Positions 6,060-13,868 of a stretch of 50,048 bases of DNA are shown in pieces (within the stretch, counting starts at the first letter, position 1; each line of letters opens with the position of its first letter). The DNA comes from Escherichia phage vB_EcoS_IME347: the sequence record MH051918. One strand, 5' to 3'. A program made the position numbers and the translations under genes. The notes beneath the pieces are model-generated. The model was not told the origin of the DNA. It saw nothing but the letters and a program-made list of their open reading frames with translations, and made no database searches.

Positions 6060-6590
6060 ATGATTATCAACGCATACGGTAAAGAGTTTCACACAAACGC
6101 GCCTTCCGGCCTTGTCTGTATTTTCGACTACGACGGGACGCTTTCGGACGGTTCGCACCGACTTCACCTCCTGCCGAAGAAGGATTTACACCTCACTGAA
6201 AGCTGGAGCGAATTCAACCTTGCATCGGTGGACGACGCCCCGATCGAATCAACTATCAAGGTAATGAATGCGATGTATGCAGCCGGGCATTGTGTCATTA
6301 TTTTGACCGGACGCAGCGATGAAGTTGAAGCGGAATCCCGAGTTTGGTTAGATCGTCACGGCGCGAAGTATGACTTCATGATCATGCGTCGCCACGACGA
6401 CAACCGCAAAGACACGGTTATCAAAGAGGAAGTTCTCCGCGAGATCGGGTTGGAGCGAATCCTCGCGGCTTGGGACGATAGCCCTTCAGTTATTCCACAC
6501 TTTAGGAATATTGGAATAACTACATATGCCGTAACTGACTACGGCGACAACGTTCACGATCACCTTAAATCACACGGAGTAGAAAAATAA
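6060..6590 (+). CDS. HAD-superfamily phosphatase (nucleotidase / polynucleotide 3'-phosphatase-like), 176 aa
   Basis: HAD motif I in VCIFDYDGTLSD. ILTGR and a C-terminal WDD are consistent with motifs II-IV. Cassette 5977-6020 upstream. Confidence 0.65.
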   Translation: MIINAYGKEFHTNAPSGLVCIFDYDGTLSDGSHRLHLLPKKDLHLTESWSEFNLASVDDAPIESTIKVMNAMYAAGHCVIILTGRSDEVEAESRVWLDRHGAKYDFMIMRRHDDNRKDTVIKEEVLREIGLERILAAWDDSPSVIPHFRNIGITTYAVTDYGDNVHDHLKSHGVEK

Positions 6591-7174
6591 TGAGCAAAGT
6601 AATCATTCTCAACGCGCCGCCAGCATGTGGCAAAGACACGATAGGTTCAATCATCGCGGATATGAATCAGATTTATGGCGTTCGCATGTTGAGCTTCAAA
6701 GCGCCGATGTTCGAGATCGCCCGAGCTATCCTCGGTGATGCGAACTTTGATTATTTCATGTTCCTTTATAACGATCGGCTCCATAAGGAAAAGCCCGATT
6801 CCATTCTGAACGGTAAAAGCCCGCGCGAGTTCATGATCTGGATTAGCGAGGCAATCATTAAGCCAGAATTCGGCAATGATTATTTCGGGCGTCGAATGGT
6901 TGAGGCTGTCAAGTCAGGCACTGCCCCGGCGATTATCACGGACGGCGGATTCACTGAAGAGACAATCGCACTAATTGAAGCTGGTATTCAGGTTCACGTC
7001 TGCCGACTGCACCGCGACGGATTCACGTTTGAAGGCGACTCGCGAAACTATCTTCACCTGCCTGTGGGCTGGCAAGGCGTAAACGGCTACACCGAAGAAG
7101 ATTTCCAGTTACGTGACGGTGATCCTGATTACACTGCCAGCGTGATTACCGGGAAATACCTGCGTCACTTCTAA
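6590..7174 (+). CDS. P-loop kinase, dNMP-kinase-like, 194 aa
   Basis: Walker A in NAPPACGKDT. The overall pattern (GKDT...ITDGGFTEE...RDGD) recalls T4 gp1-type dNMP kinases. TAATG coupling to the HAD gene. Confidence 0.6.
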   Translation: MSKVIILNAPPACGKDTIGSIIADMNQIYGVRMLSFKAPMFEIARAILGDANFDYFMFLYNDRLHKEKPDSILNGKSPREFMIWISEAIIKPEFGNDYFGRRMVEAVKSGTAPAIITDGGFTEETIALIEAGIQVHVCRLHRDGFTFEGDSRNYLHLPVGWQGVNGYTEEDFQLRDGDPDYTASVITGKYLRHF

Positions 7175-7217
7175 TAGCACGAATTGCTAAAAACTCGGCG
7201 GGGTAAGCTGTTATAGT
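7174..7217 (+). promoter_or_regulatory. box/-10 promoter cassette
   Basis: Box ATAGCACGAATTGCTAAA. Inverted repeat GGGGTAA/TTACCCC. 22 nt spacing to TGtTATAGT (hexamer 7212-7217). Confidence 0.65.
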
Positions 7218-7253
7218 TACCCCATCGAAAACAACCAATCAGAGGAAACGCGA

Positions 7254-7439
7254 ATGATGCAAGTCACCAGCTACACCCAATCGACAGCCGAAGCAATCAG
7301 CGAACTTCGAAAGGTTGCCGACGCGCTGGAGAAAGGCGAGGCTATGCTTTATAGCGGATCAGTTACCAACACCAAGCGTTACGGCGAAGCCCGTGAATAC
7401 GCTATCGAAATCACAGTAGTCACCGATAAGGAGATGTAA
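7254..7439 (+). CDS. hypothetical small early protein, 61 aa
   Basis: Track ORF. Cassette 7174-7217 upstream, with the AACCAATCAGAGG leader. Confidence 0.75.
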   Translation: MMQVTSYTQSTAEAISELRKVADALEKGEAMLYSGSVTNTKRYGEAREYAIEITVVTDKEM

Positions 7440-7441
7440 AA

Positions 7442-7645
7442 ATGAGCAACACAATCAAACTTCGCACGACTCACGCCGATTGCCCTTGGATTACTCCGGG
7501 CAAGATTTACGAGGCCGAATTGGTTGCGAAAGATGGATTTGACGGACTGTATCGGCTGAAGAATCCAGACTTCGGAGAGGTGCTCACTGCAATTGAGAAC
7601 TCCTGTCATTTGGGCGGGGAAAGTTGGGAAGTAGTCACCGAATAG
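7442..7645 (+). CDS. hypothetical small protein, 67 aa (KxKC family-like)
   Basis: Track ORF with an AAGGAG RBS. Contains IKLRTTHADCPWITPGKIYEAE. Its stop is the TAG of box 7642-7659. Confidence 0.75.
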   Translation: MSNTIKLRTTHADCPWITPGKIYEAELVAKDGFDGLYRLKNPDFGEVLTAIENSCHLGGESWEVVTE

Positions 7646-7685
7646 CACGAATTGCTAAAAGTTCCGCAAGGGCATTTGATAGAAT
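7642..7685 (+). promoter_or_regulatory. box/-10 promoter cassette
   Basis: Box ATAGCACGAATTGCTAAA. Inverted repeat GGGCA/TGCCC. 22 nt spacing to TGaTAGAAT (hexamer 7680-7685). Confidence 0.65.
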
Positions 7686-7718
7686 GCCCTTATTGAAACG
7701 AAGCAAAGGAAAATAGAA

Positions 7719-7928
7719 ATGAAACCAGCAATTTTCGAAGCACGTCGCACTTATGGCGCAATCCTCTCCGGGATTCAGTACGAAGTAATGAGCAGTGAGG
7801 ATGGTTACTATATTCAGGTGGACGACGACGGCACTTGCTACGAGGTTATTTTCGACAAGTACGATCCCGATGTTTGCATGTTGAAACATGCGCAGTTAAT
7901 CCGATTCGATCGAGTGGAGGAAGCATAA
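7719..7928 (+). CDS. hypothetical small early protein, 69 aa
   Basis: Track ORF. Cassette 7642-7685 upstream. Confidence 0.75.
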   Translation: MKPAIFEARRTYGAILSGIQYEVMSSEDGYYIQVDDDGTCYEVIFDKYDPDVCMLKHAQLIRFDRVEEA

Positions 7929-8260
7929 TGTTACAGGTCAACCTTTCAGAGAAACAGGCTCGCGAGTTTTACGACTTCTGCTTGCGCGTCGCTGGTGTGC
8001 AGGACAATCCAGTAATCCGGGAAATGTTCAGCGTTATTGAACGCCAGATCCTGCCGGACTCAACCAACAAGGCGGAGTTCGCAGCGTGGAGGAGCAAGCG
8101 AATCACTCCGGCAATTGTCGAAGCGTGGAAGCGCAAGAACGGATCGCCTCGCATCGTGTTTGCGAACGGTGAACCTCGTCGAAATATGGGTTGCGTCGTT
8201 CTCGGTGAATATGCTGATCTGGCAACCGGGCGAATGGTAACGGTGATGCATCATGATTAA
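7928..8260 (+). CDS. hypothetical protein, 110 aa
   Basis: Track ORF 7835.. trimmed to ATG 7928 (TAATG overlap with the upstream stop). Confidence 0.7.
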   Translation: MLQVNLSEKQAREFYDFCLRVAGVQDNPVIREMFSVIERQILPDSTNKAEFAAWRSKRITPAIVEAWKRKNGSPRIVFANGEPRRNMGCVVLGEYADLATGRMVTVMHHD

Positions 8261-8408
8261 GTTTATCCACACTTTCAAAGTGTCGTCCGGCAAAGAGCGG
8301 AAAGAGATCGTGAAGGTTTACGGGAGTCCGGTTAAGGCAAAAGAGCAATTGCGTTTGCTTGGTGGTCGGATTGATGTTGTTAAACATGTTGAATTCTGGA
8401 GTAAGTAA
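8253..8408 (+). CDS. hypothetical small protein, 51 aa
   Basis: Hand-translated: MIKFIHTFKVSSGKERKEIVKVYGSPVKAKEQLRLLGGRIDVVKHVEFWSK. GGTGA RBS 6 nt upstream. Fills an otherwise unexplained gap. Confidence 0.55.
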   Translation: MIKFIHTFKVSSGKERKEIVKVYGSPVKAKEQLRLLGGRIDVVKHVEFWSK

Positions 8409-8409
8409 G

Positions 8410-8640
8410 ATGTTTGGTTTAAGTGAAGCGCATTACAATATTGTCAAACGTGCGGCGCGCGGTCTGAACGACGCAATCAGCGAACTACCGAAGGCCGATC
8501 GAAAGAAGGAGCAAATCGTCATTAAGGTGATCGATAAGCATTACGAACCAGTTGCGACACTGATTAACCGGATGCGCTTCGTTTGGGTGGCGGGCTATCT
8601 CGCCGGGCGCGTAGGAAACAAAAATGGGGACTACGAATAA
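8410..8640 (+). CDS. hypothetical small protein, 76 aa
   Basis: Track ORF 8359.. trimmed to ATG 8410. TGGAG lies 8 nt upstream. Confidence 0.7.
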   Translation: MFGLSEAHYNIVKRAARGLNDAISELPKADRKKEQIVIKVIDKHYEPVATLINRMRFVWVAGYLAGRVGNKNGDYE

Positions 8641-8834
8641 TGATCGGGAAAGTGGATTGGGTGAAGTGCGAACGGGCATATCACGAAAGCGGGTTCACGG
8701 CGGGTTGCGAATATCAGGTTCTGAAGTTCGATTCCCGGCTCGGAGTCATGACGATCCAGAATGAGCGCGGCGAGCGTTGCTTGGTGAGTCACCCTCACGA
8801 CATAAATTACGGAGAGTTTCGAATTATCGATTGA
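8640..8834 (+). CDS. hypothetical small protein, 64 aa (KxKC family-like)
   Basis: Track ORF 8583.. trimmed to ATG 8640 (TAATG overlap). Contains VDWVKCERAYHESGFTAGCEYQV. Confidence 0.7.
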   Translation: MIGKVDWVKCERAYHESGFTAGCEYQVLKFDSRLGVMTIQNERGERCLVSHPHDINYGEFRIID

Positions 8835-8860
8835 CTCGAATCTCTGAACGGTGATATCAT
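8831..8860 (+). promoter_or_regulatory. sigma70-like promoter TTGACT-18-TGaTATCAT
   Basis: TTGACT at 8831-8836, an 18-nt spacer, and an extended -10 with TATCAT at 8855-8860. Confidence 0.55.
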
Positions 8861-8990
8861 TCTTTCCGTAGACAAAAGAGGCGCTTAGGCGCAACGCGCA
8901 TCGCGATAGATGCATAACCTTTGTAGTATCGGGGCGTAGTGGTAAGCCCGCCGCAGACCCGTAAGCGGCTCAAATTCACAGGAGCTTTAC

Positions 8991-9152
8991 ATGAAGCAAG
9001 ATATCAAAATCGAAATCAAAGTAACCCGAAACGGCGAAATCACTCGCTACAAAAAATCACTCAAGCCGGGCGAGGCTGTAATCGGTCGAATCGCTGGTGT
9101 GATGCTGAAGGCGCAGGAAGATGAAGCGATTCACGGTAAAGCTAACGATTAA
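8991..9152 (+). CDS. hypothetical small protein, 53 aa
   Basis: Hand-translated (MKQDIKIEIKVTRNGEITRYKK...). AGGAG lies 7 nt upstream. First ORF after promoter 8831-8860. Confidence 0.55.
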   Translation: MKQDIKIEIKVTRNGEITRYKKSLKPGEAVIGRIAGVMLKAQEDEAIHGKAND

Positions 9153-9306
9153 GCGAATGGGGCGCAGGTGCTCAACCTGCCGCCAAAACTTCGAAACCGA
9201 AGTAAAAGCGAGTTCCGCAGAAGAAGCCGTAGCAAAGGCTAAACTCCAGTCAGGAGCCAATGCGGACACTCACCAGTTTTCAATCAACCTTGTAAGGGAA
9301 ATTTAA
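9121..9306 (+). CDS. hypothetical small protein, 61 aa (start uncertain)
   Basis: Track ORF. Overlaps the 8991 ORF by 32 nt. The alternative ATG 9157 would remove the overlap. Confidence 0.55.
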   Translation: MKRFTVKLTIKRMGRRCSTCRQNFETEVKASSAEEAVAKAKLQSGANADTHQFSINLVREI

Positions 9307-9308
9307 CC

Positions 9309-9533
9309 ATGACAACTTTTTTATTCATTCTCGCCTTTATCGCTGTTTTCGTGCTTGGTATCGCGTCTGCTCTTCTGCTTATCGCCTTTATCGTGAAGCA
9401 CGACGCCGAAACTGACGAAGGCGTGTGGCTGACGTACAATCGCAGTGAGGATGTTTGGAAGTGCTTCGGTGATTTGCCAGCAGTCTACGCGAAGGCTCAA
9501 ACTCACAAAAAGCCGATACAAAAAATCTGCTAA
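9309..9533 (+). CDS. small membrane protein, 74 aa
   Basis: Track ORF. N-terminal helix FLFILAFIAVFVLGIASALLLIAFIV. Followed by terminator 9538-9561. Confidence 0.75.
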   Translation: MTTFLFILAFIAVFVLGIASALLLIAFIVKHDAETDEGVWLTYNRSEDVWKCFGDLPAVYAKAQTHKKPIQKIC

Positions 9534-9537
9534 AACT

Positions 9538-9561
9538 AAACCCGCCTCGGCGGGTTTTTTT
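9538..9561 (+). terminator. intrinsic terminator (end of left-arm early block)
   Basis: Stem CCCGC-ctcg-GCGGG (9541-9554) followed by T7. Confidence 0.8.
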
Positions 9562-9580
9562 ACGTCTGGAGTATGATAAA

Positions 9581-9598
9581 ATAGCACGAAATGTTAAA
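9581..9598 (+). promoter_or_regulatory. box copy in the terS leader
   Basis: ATAGCACGAAATGTTAAA lies between TGaTAAAAT (9574-9582) and the GGAGGA RBS. No -10 lies 22 nt downstream. Confidence 0.45.
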
Positions 9599-9614
9599 CA
9601 TCGGAGGACGTTTT

Positions 9615-10139
9615 ATGGAACGGAAAGAGAAAGCGCCCGTAGTGCAGGGCGGTAATTTTAAGGAGCTATACCGAAAGAAATTCGGAACGATTATCGGAAA
9701 ATCAGCCAGCTTCACGCCTGAACAGGTTTTCGATCTGGCGGTGAAGTATTTCACGTGGGCGGAGGACAACGCAATTAAAGCCTCTGAGACAGCGAGTTTT
9801 CAGGGTGAAGTGGAGGAGTCACTCGTTCATAAACCGCGCGTGTTTACTCACAACGGCTTCCGCCTGTTCCTTGGGATCAGCGAGTCGGCGGTCACGAAGT
9901 GGCGGCGACAGGAAGATTTCGCAGAGGTGATGGAGTTCGTTGATACGGTAATCAGCGAGCAGAAATTCCAGCTTGCAGCTAACGGCGTGATTAATGCCTC
10001 GTTCATCGGGAAAGACTTGGGGATCGACAAGCCAGCGACAATCAACATCGACAACCAAGCGAACGCCACGGCGGGCGCGATCGCCTCCACTGAGTCCGCG
10101 ATGCGCGATGCGGTAGAGAGTATTCTGGATAACCTTTAA
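9615..10139 (+). CDS. terS: terminase small subunit (putative), 174 aa
   Basis: Track ORF 9591.. trimmed to ATG 9615 (GGAGGA 6 nt upstream). Sits immediately upstream of terL. Size and N-terminal region are typical of phage small terminases. Confidence 0.6.
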   Translation: MERKEKAPVVQGGNFKELYRKKFGTIIGKSASFTPEQVFDLAVKYFTWAEDNAIKASETASFQGEVEESLVHKPRVFTHNGFRLFLGISESAVTKWRRQEDFAEVMEFVDTVISEQKFQLAANGVINASFIGKDLGIDKPATINIDNQANATAGAIASTESAMRDAVESILDNL

Positions 10140-10144
10140 TCTTC

Positions 10145-10163
10145 GGGCGGTTCGCCGCCCTTT
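10145..10163 (+). other. GC hairpin between terS and terL (weak terminator/attenuator)
   Basis: GGGCGG-ttcg-CCGCCC followed by only TTT, then a GGAG RBS. Confidence 0.4.
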
Positions 10164-10172
10164 GGAGTTTTC

Positions 10173-11744
10173 ATGTTAGTGTGGGAAGAACTGGACGCAA
10201 CGCAAAAGCTTGCGATCAAGAAAATGAGCGAGGCAAGTTTCGAAAAGATGATTCGGATCTGGTTTCAGCTTATTCAGGCGCAGCAATTTAAACCTAACTG
10301 GCATCACCTTTACCTTTGTCACGAGGTGGAGGAAATCATCGCCGGGCGGCGCGGGAATACGATCTTCAACGTAACGCCGGGTTCCGGTAAAACCGAAGTG
10401 TTTTCGATTCACCTCCCTGTGTACGCGATGCTTCGCGTGAACAAGATCCGAAACCTGAACGTGTCGTTTGCCGATAGTCTCGTCAAGCGTAACAGCAAGC
10501 GAGTGCGAGAAATCATCGCATCGAAAGAGTTCCAAGAGTTATGGCCTTGCGGGTTCGCCACGTCCAAAGATGATGAAATTCAGGTTCTCAATCAGGCTGG
10601 CAAGGTGTGGTTCGAACTGATATCCAAGGCGGCTGGCGGACAAATTACGGGTTCTCGTGGTGGCTACATGAGCGACGGATTCTCCGGGATGGTGATGCTT
10701 GACGATATCGACAAGCCGGACGATATGTTTTCCAAGGTCAAGCGAGAGCGTACACACACGCTCCTGAAGAATACAATCCGAAGCCGAAGGATGCACAACG
10801 AAACGCCGATTATCGCCATACAGCAGCGCCTACACGCGCAGGATTCGACGTGGTTCATGATGTCGGGCGGAATGGGGATAGACTTCGAACAGATCTCAAT
10901 CCCGGCTCTCGTTACTGAGGAATACGGGCAATCGCTTCCTGAATGGTTACGCCCTCACTTCGAGAAGGATGTTCTCTCGTCCGAGTATGTGATGATAGAC
11001 GGAGTGAAGCATTACAGCTTCTGGCCTGACAAGGAATCTGTTCACGATCTGATTGCATTGCGAGAGGCAGACCAGTACACGTTCGACTCGCAGTACCAGC
11101 AGCGCCCGATCGCGCTTGGTGGCTCCGTGTTTAACTCGGAGTGGTGGACGTACTACGGAAACAGCCTTGAGGCTGACGAACCAGATCCCGGCAAGTTTGA
11201 CTATCGTTTCATTACGGCTGATACCGCTCAGAAAACAGGTGAGCTTAATGACTACACTGTATTCTGTCTTTGGGGTAAGAAAAACGATAAGGTGTACTTT
11301 ATCGACGGGGTTCGCGGAAAGTGGAAAGCGCCGGAAATGGAGACTCAGTTTAAATCATTCGTTAGCACGGCATGGCGTCACAATAAGTCGATGGGCGTAC
11401 TCAGAAAAATCTACGTGGAGGATAAAGCGAGCGGGACGGGCTTGATTCAGAATCTGGAGAAGAAAACTCCCGTCCCGATCACGCCATTGCAGCGAAATAA
11501 GGATAAGGTTACTCGCGCGATGGATGCGCAGCCAGTAATCAAGGCCGGGCGCGTTGTTCTGCCTGAATCGCATCCTATGCTTTCCGAAATCATCACGGAG
11601 CATAGCGCATTCACATACGACGACACGCACCCTCACGACGATATTGTCGATAACTTCATGGATGCGGCAAACATCGAACTTCTGACGATAGACGATCCTA
11701 TCGAACGAATGAAACGCCTTGCGGGAATGGCAAAGCGCAAGTAA
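10173..11744 (+). CDS. terL: terminase large subunit, 523 aa
   Basis: Walker A in VTPGSGKTE, Walker B-like MVMLDDID, and a C-terminal nuclease-type acidic region. Sits upstream of the portal gene. Confidence 0.9.
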   Translation: MLVWEELDATQKLAIKKMSEASFEKMIRIWFQLIQAQQFKPNWHHLYLCHEVEEIIAGRRGNTIFNVTPGSGKTEVFSIHLPVYAMLRVNKIRNLNVSFADSLVKRNSKRVREIIASKEFQELWPCGFATSKDDEIQVLNQAGKVWFELISKAAGGQITGSRGGYMSDGFSGMVMLDDIDKPDDMFSKVKRERTHTLLKNTIRSRRMHNETPIIAIQQRLHAQDSTWFMMSGGMGIDFEQISIPALVTEEYGQSLPEWLRPHFEKDVLSSEYVMIDGVKHYSFWPDKESVHDLIALREADQYTFDSQYQQRPIALGGSVFNSEWWTYYGNSLEADEPDPGKFDYRFITADTAQKTGELNDYTVFCLWGKKNDKVYFIDGVRGKWKAPEMETQFKSFVSTAWRHNKSMGVLRKIYVEDKASGTGLIQNLEKKTPVPITPLQRNKDKVTRAMDAQPVIKAGRVVLPESHPMLSEIITEHSAFTYDDTHPHDDIVDNFMDAANIELLTIDDPIERMKRLAGMAKRK

Positions 11745-11758
11745 ACGAGGTATAATCA

Positions 11759-11784
11759 GGGCTGGATTTTTCCAGCCCTTTTTT
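11759..11784 (+). terminator. intrinsic terminator after terL
   Basis: GGGCTGGA-tttt-TCCAGCCC followed by T6, then ATTGGAGGTA. Confidence 0.8.
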
Positions 11785-11797
11785 ATTGGAGGTAGTA

Positions 11798-13111
11798 ATG
11801 AAAATTGTTAAGCAAGATGGGTACAACGAGATCTTTAACGGCGGTGCTGAAGGCGCTCCAAAACCTTTCTACGTAAGCAATCCGCTTGCTTACGGGTTGG
11901 GTTATCTTTACGAGAATAACGGTCTTGCTCGTCGAATCATCGACGTTGTACCGGAAGAAATGGTAGCGCCCGGATTCAAGGTTTCTGGTGTGCAGGATGA
12001 AGCGGCCTTTCGCTCCTCGTGGGATGAACTGGAAATTGAAGGTCATATCGTTGATGCGCTTGCGTGGCGTCGCCTGTATGGTGGTTCAGCTATCGTGGCG
12101 ATCATCAATGACGGTCGGAAGCTAACCTCTCCGGCAAAACCCGAGGGTGTGCTGGAAGGCGTCCGAGTGTACGATCGGGATCAGGTTCAAGTGGAGAAGA
12201 AAGAAACCAACGCGCGAAACATTCGCTACGGCGAGCCTGTTTTGTACAAGATTTCCCCCGGCGACGGGCTGACCCCTTATCTTGTTCACCACACCCGAAT
12301 CAAGATTCTGGACGGCGAACGCCTTCCCCTTCAGCAGCGAAAGATGAATGACGGATGGGGCGCTTCAGTCCTGAATAAGTCTCTGATTGAAGCGATTTAC
12401 GATTACGAGTATTGCGAGGAGCTTGCGACTCAATTACTACGCCGTAAGCAGCAAGCAGTTTGGAAGGTTAAAGGGTTGGCGGAAATGTGTGACGACGACG
12501 AAGCGCAATTCGCTGCACGAATCCGATTGGCTCAGGTGGATGATAATTCCGGTGTCGGTAAGGCGGTTGGTATCGATGCGGAAACGGAGGAATACGAGAT
12601 CCTAAACTCCGACGTTAACGGTGTGTCTGAATTCCTTCAGGGCAAATTCGATCGCATCGTGTCGCTATCCGGGATTCACGAAATCATCCTGAAGAATAAG
12701 AACGTCGGCGGCGTAAGCGCAAGCCAGAATACGGCGCTTGAGACTTTCTATAAGTTGATTGACCGCCAGCGCGCGGAGCATTACCTCCCGATTCTGGAAT
12801 TTCTGCTCCCGTACATGCTGCACGAAAATGAATGGTCTGTGGAGTTCGAACCGCTCTCCATGCCTTCGGAAAAGGAAGCGTCGGAAACAACGAAGAATCA
12901 CGTTGAGGCTATTCGCGGTGCTCTGGAAGATCAGATGATTGACTTAGAAGAGGCTCGCGATACATTGCAATCCGTTGCGCCAATGTTTAAGCTGAAAGAC
13001 CTGAACCACAAAGAGCTTGAGAGCCGTATGCAGGAACAACAGCAGCAAGAGCAGGAACCGGGCGTTAGCGAAGTAATCAGCGAATCGGAGGGAGAAGAGG
13101 GTGAAGATTAA
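11798..13111 (+). CDS. portal protein, 437 aa
   Basis: Track ORF 11786 (TTG) trimmed to ATG 11798 after GGAGG. Follows terL, has the right size, and has an acidic C-terminus. The family looks DUF1073-like. Confidence 0.85.
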   Translation: MKIVKQDGYNEIFNGGAEGAPKPFYVSNPLAYGLGYLYENNGLARRIIDVVPEEMVAPGFKVSGVQDEAAFRSSWDELEIEGHIVDALAWRRLYGGSAIVAIINDGRKLTSPAKPEGVLEGVRVYDRDQVQVEKKETNARNIRYGEPVLYKISPGDGLTPYLVHHTRIKILDGERLPLQQRKMNDGWGASVLNKSLIEAIYDYEYCEELATQLLRRKQQAVWKVKGLAEMCDDDEAQFAARIRLAQVDDNSGVGKAVGIDAETEEYEILNSDVNGVSEFLQGKFDRIVSLSGIHEIILKNKNVGGVSASQNTALETFYKLIDRQRAEHYLPILEFLLPYMLHENEWSVEFEPLSMPSEKEASETTKNHVEAIRGALEDQMIDLEEARDTLQSVAPMFKLKDLNHKELESRMQEQQQQEQEPGVSEVISESEGEEGED

Positions 13112-13865
13112 CGGGATCGCTAAGAAATGGCGCTTTCCTGAATCCAGCGAGCGGCAACTGAGCCGCTCAATGGAGCAATTTACGGGCGCGATCGTCGCCC
13201 GTATGCAGGAGAGTTTTAAGCCGATGAAGTGGGATGCTGACGAAGAGCAGATCGATCAGACTGAACGTGACTTGCTGGATTATGCTGAAGAGCTAATCGC
13301 CGCTCTGTTCGTATCTCTCCCGGCGTTGGCGTACACCATCTACAAGTTCAACTCAAAGCAGTTTTTGAAGGTGGCGCGTAGTGCTGGAGGGGGAAAGAAC
13401 GAGTCCGTAATGTTGCTTGCTCTGATTGGTGCAAACGGCTCCGAGCCGTGGTATTCGCCTCAGTACAAACTGTGGGAGTCTCAGGCCAAAACATCGATCA
13501 GGAAGTTCGCTGCGAATGCGATTACTGACTTCACGGACAGGCTTCGCAATGCTGCGGCTAACGGGTACGATCGCGAACGTGCTTACGAGGAAACCAATCA
13601 GAGATATAAGGTTTATTCATCTTGGGCGCGTAACCGTGCATCAGGGATCGTGACCACTTGGAACAGCAGAATGATGCGCCAACGTCTGAAGGATGCTCAA
13701 GTTACGCATTACTTTTGGCGTGGAATGATGGATTTACGCGAACGCGAGAAACATGTAAGATGGGAGGGAAAACGCATCCCTATCGACAGTAATCACATAT
13801 TCCCCGGCGAGGAATACAACTGCCGTTGTTGGGCTGTCCCTGACTTCTCAAAAATTGGAGATTAA
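13101..13865 (+). CDS. head morphogenesis protein (Mu F / SPP1 gp7-like), 254 aa
   Basis: Track ORF with a GTG start overlapping the portal stop. Sits after the portal gene. C-terminal FPGEEYNCRCWAVP is typical of the Mu-F family. Confidence 0.75.
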   Translation: MKINGIAKKWRFPESSERQLSRSMEQFTGAIVARMQESFKPMKWDADEEQIDQTERDLLDYAEELIAALFVSLPALAYTIYKFNSKQFLKVARSAGGGKNESVMLLALIGANGSEPWYSPQYKLWESQAKTSIRKFAANAITDFTDRLRNAAANGYDRERAYEETNQRYKVYSSWARNRASGIVTTWNSRMMRQRLKDAQVTHYFWRGMMDLREREKHVRWEGKRIPIDSNHIFPGEEYNCRCWAVPDFSKIGD

Positions 13866-13868
13866 ATA

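Noticed and set aside
969-7685. Regularly recurring 18-nt repeats that could be a CRISPR-like array.
   Set aside because: The repeats are 260-1200 nt apart and separated by protein-coding genes with RBSs. They occur on both strands, and there are no cas genes.
8263-8271. A perfect DnaA box, TTATCCACA.
   Set aside because: It is a single copy inside a coding sequence, with no cluster and no adjacent AT-rich unwinding element. Most likely chance.
8925-8975. A tRNA-like stretch (GGGGCGTAGTGGTAAGCC...).
   Set aside because: It has no acceptor stem, no T-arm GTTCRANYC motif, and the candidate anticodon loop has the wrong size. It does not fold as a cloverleaf.
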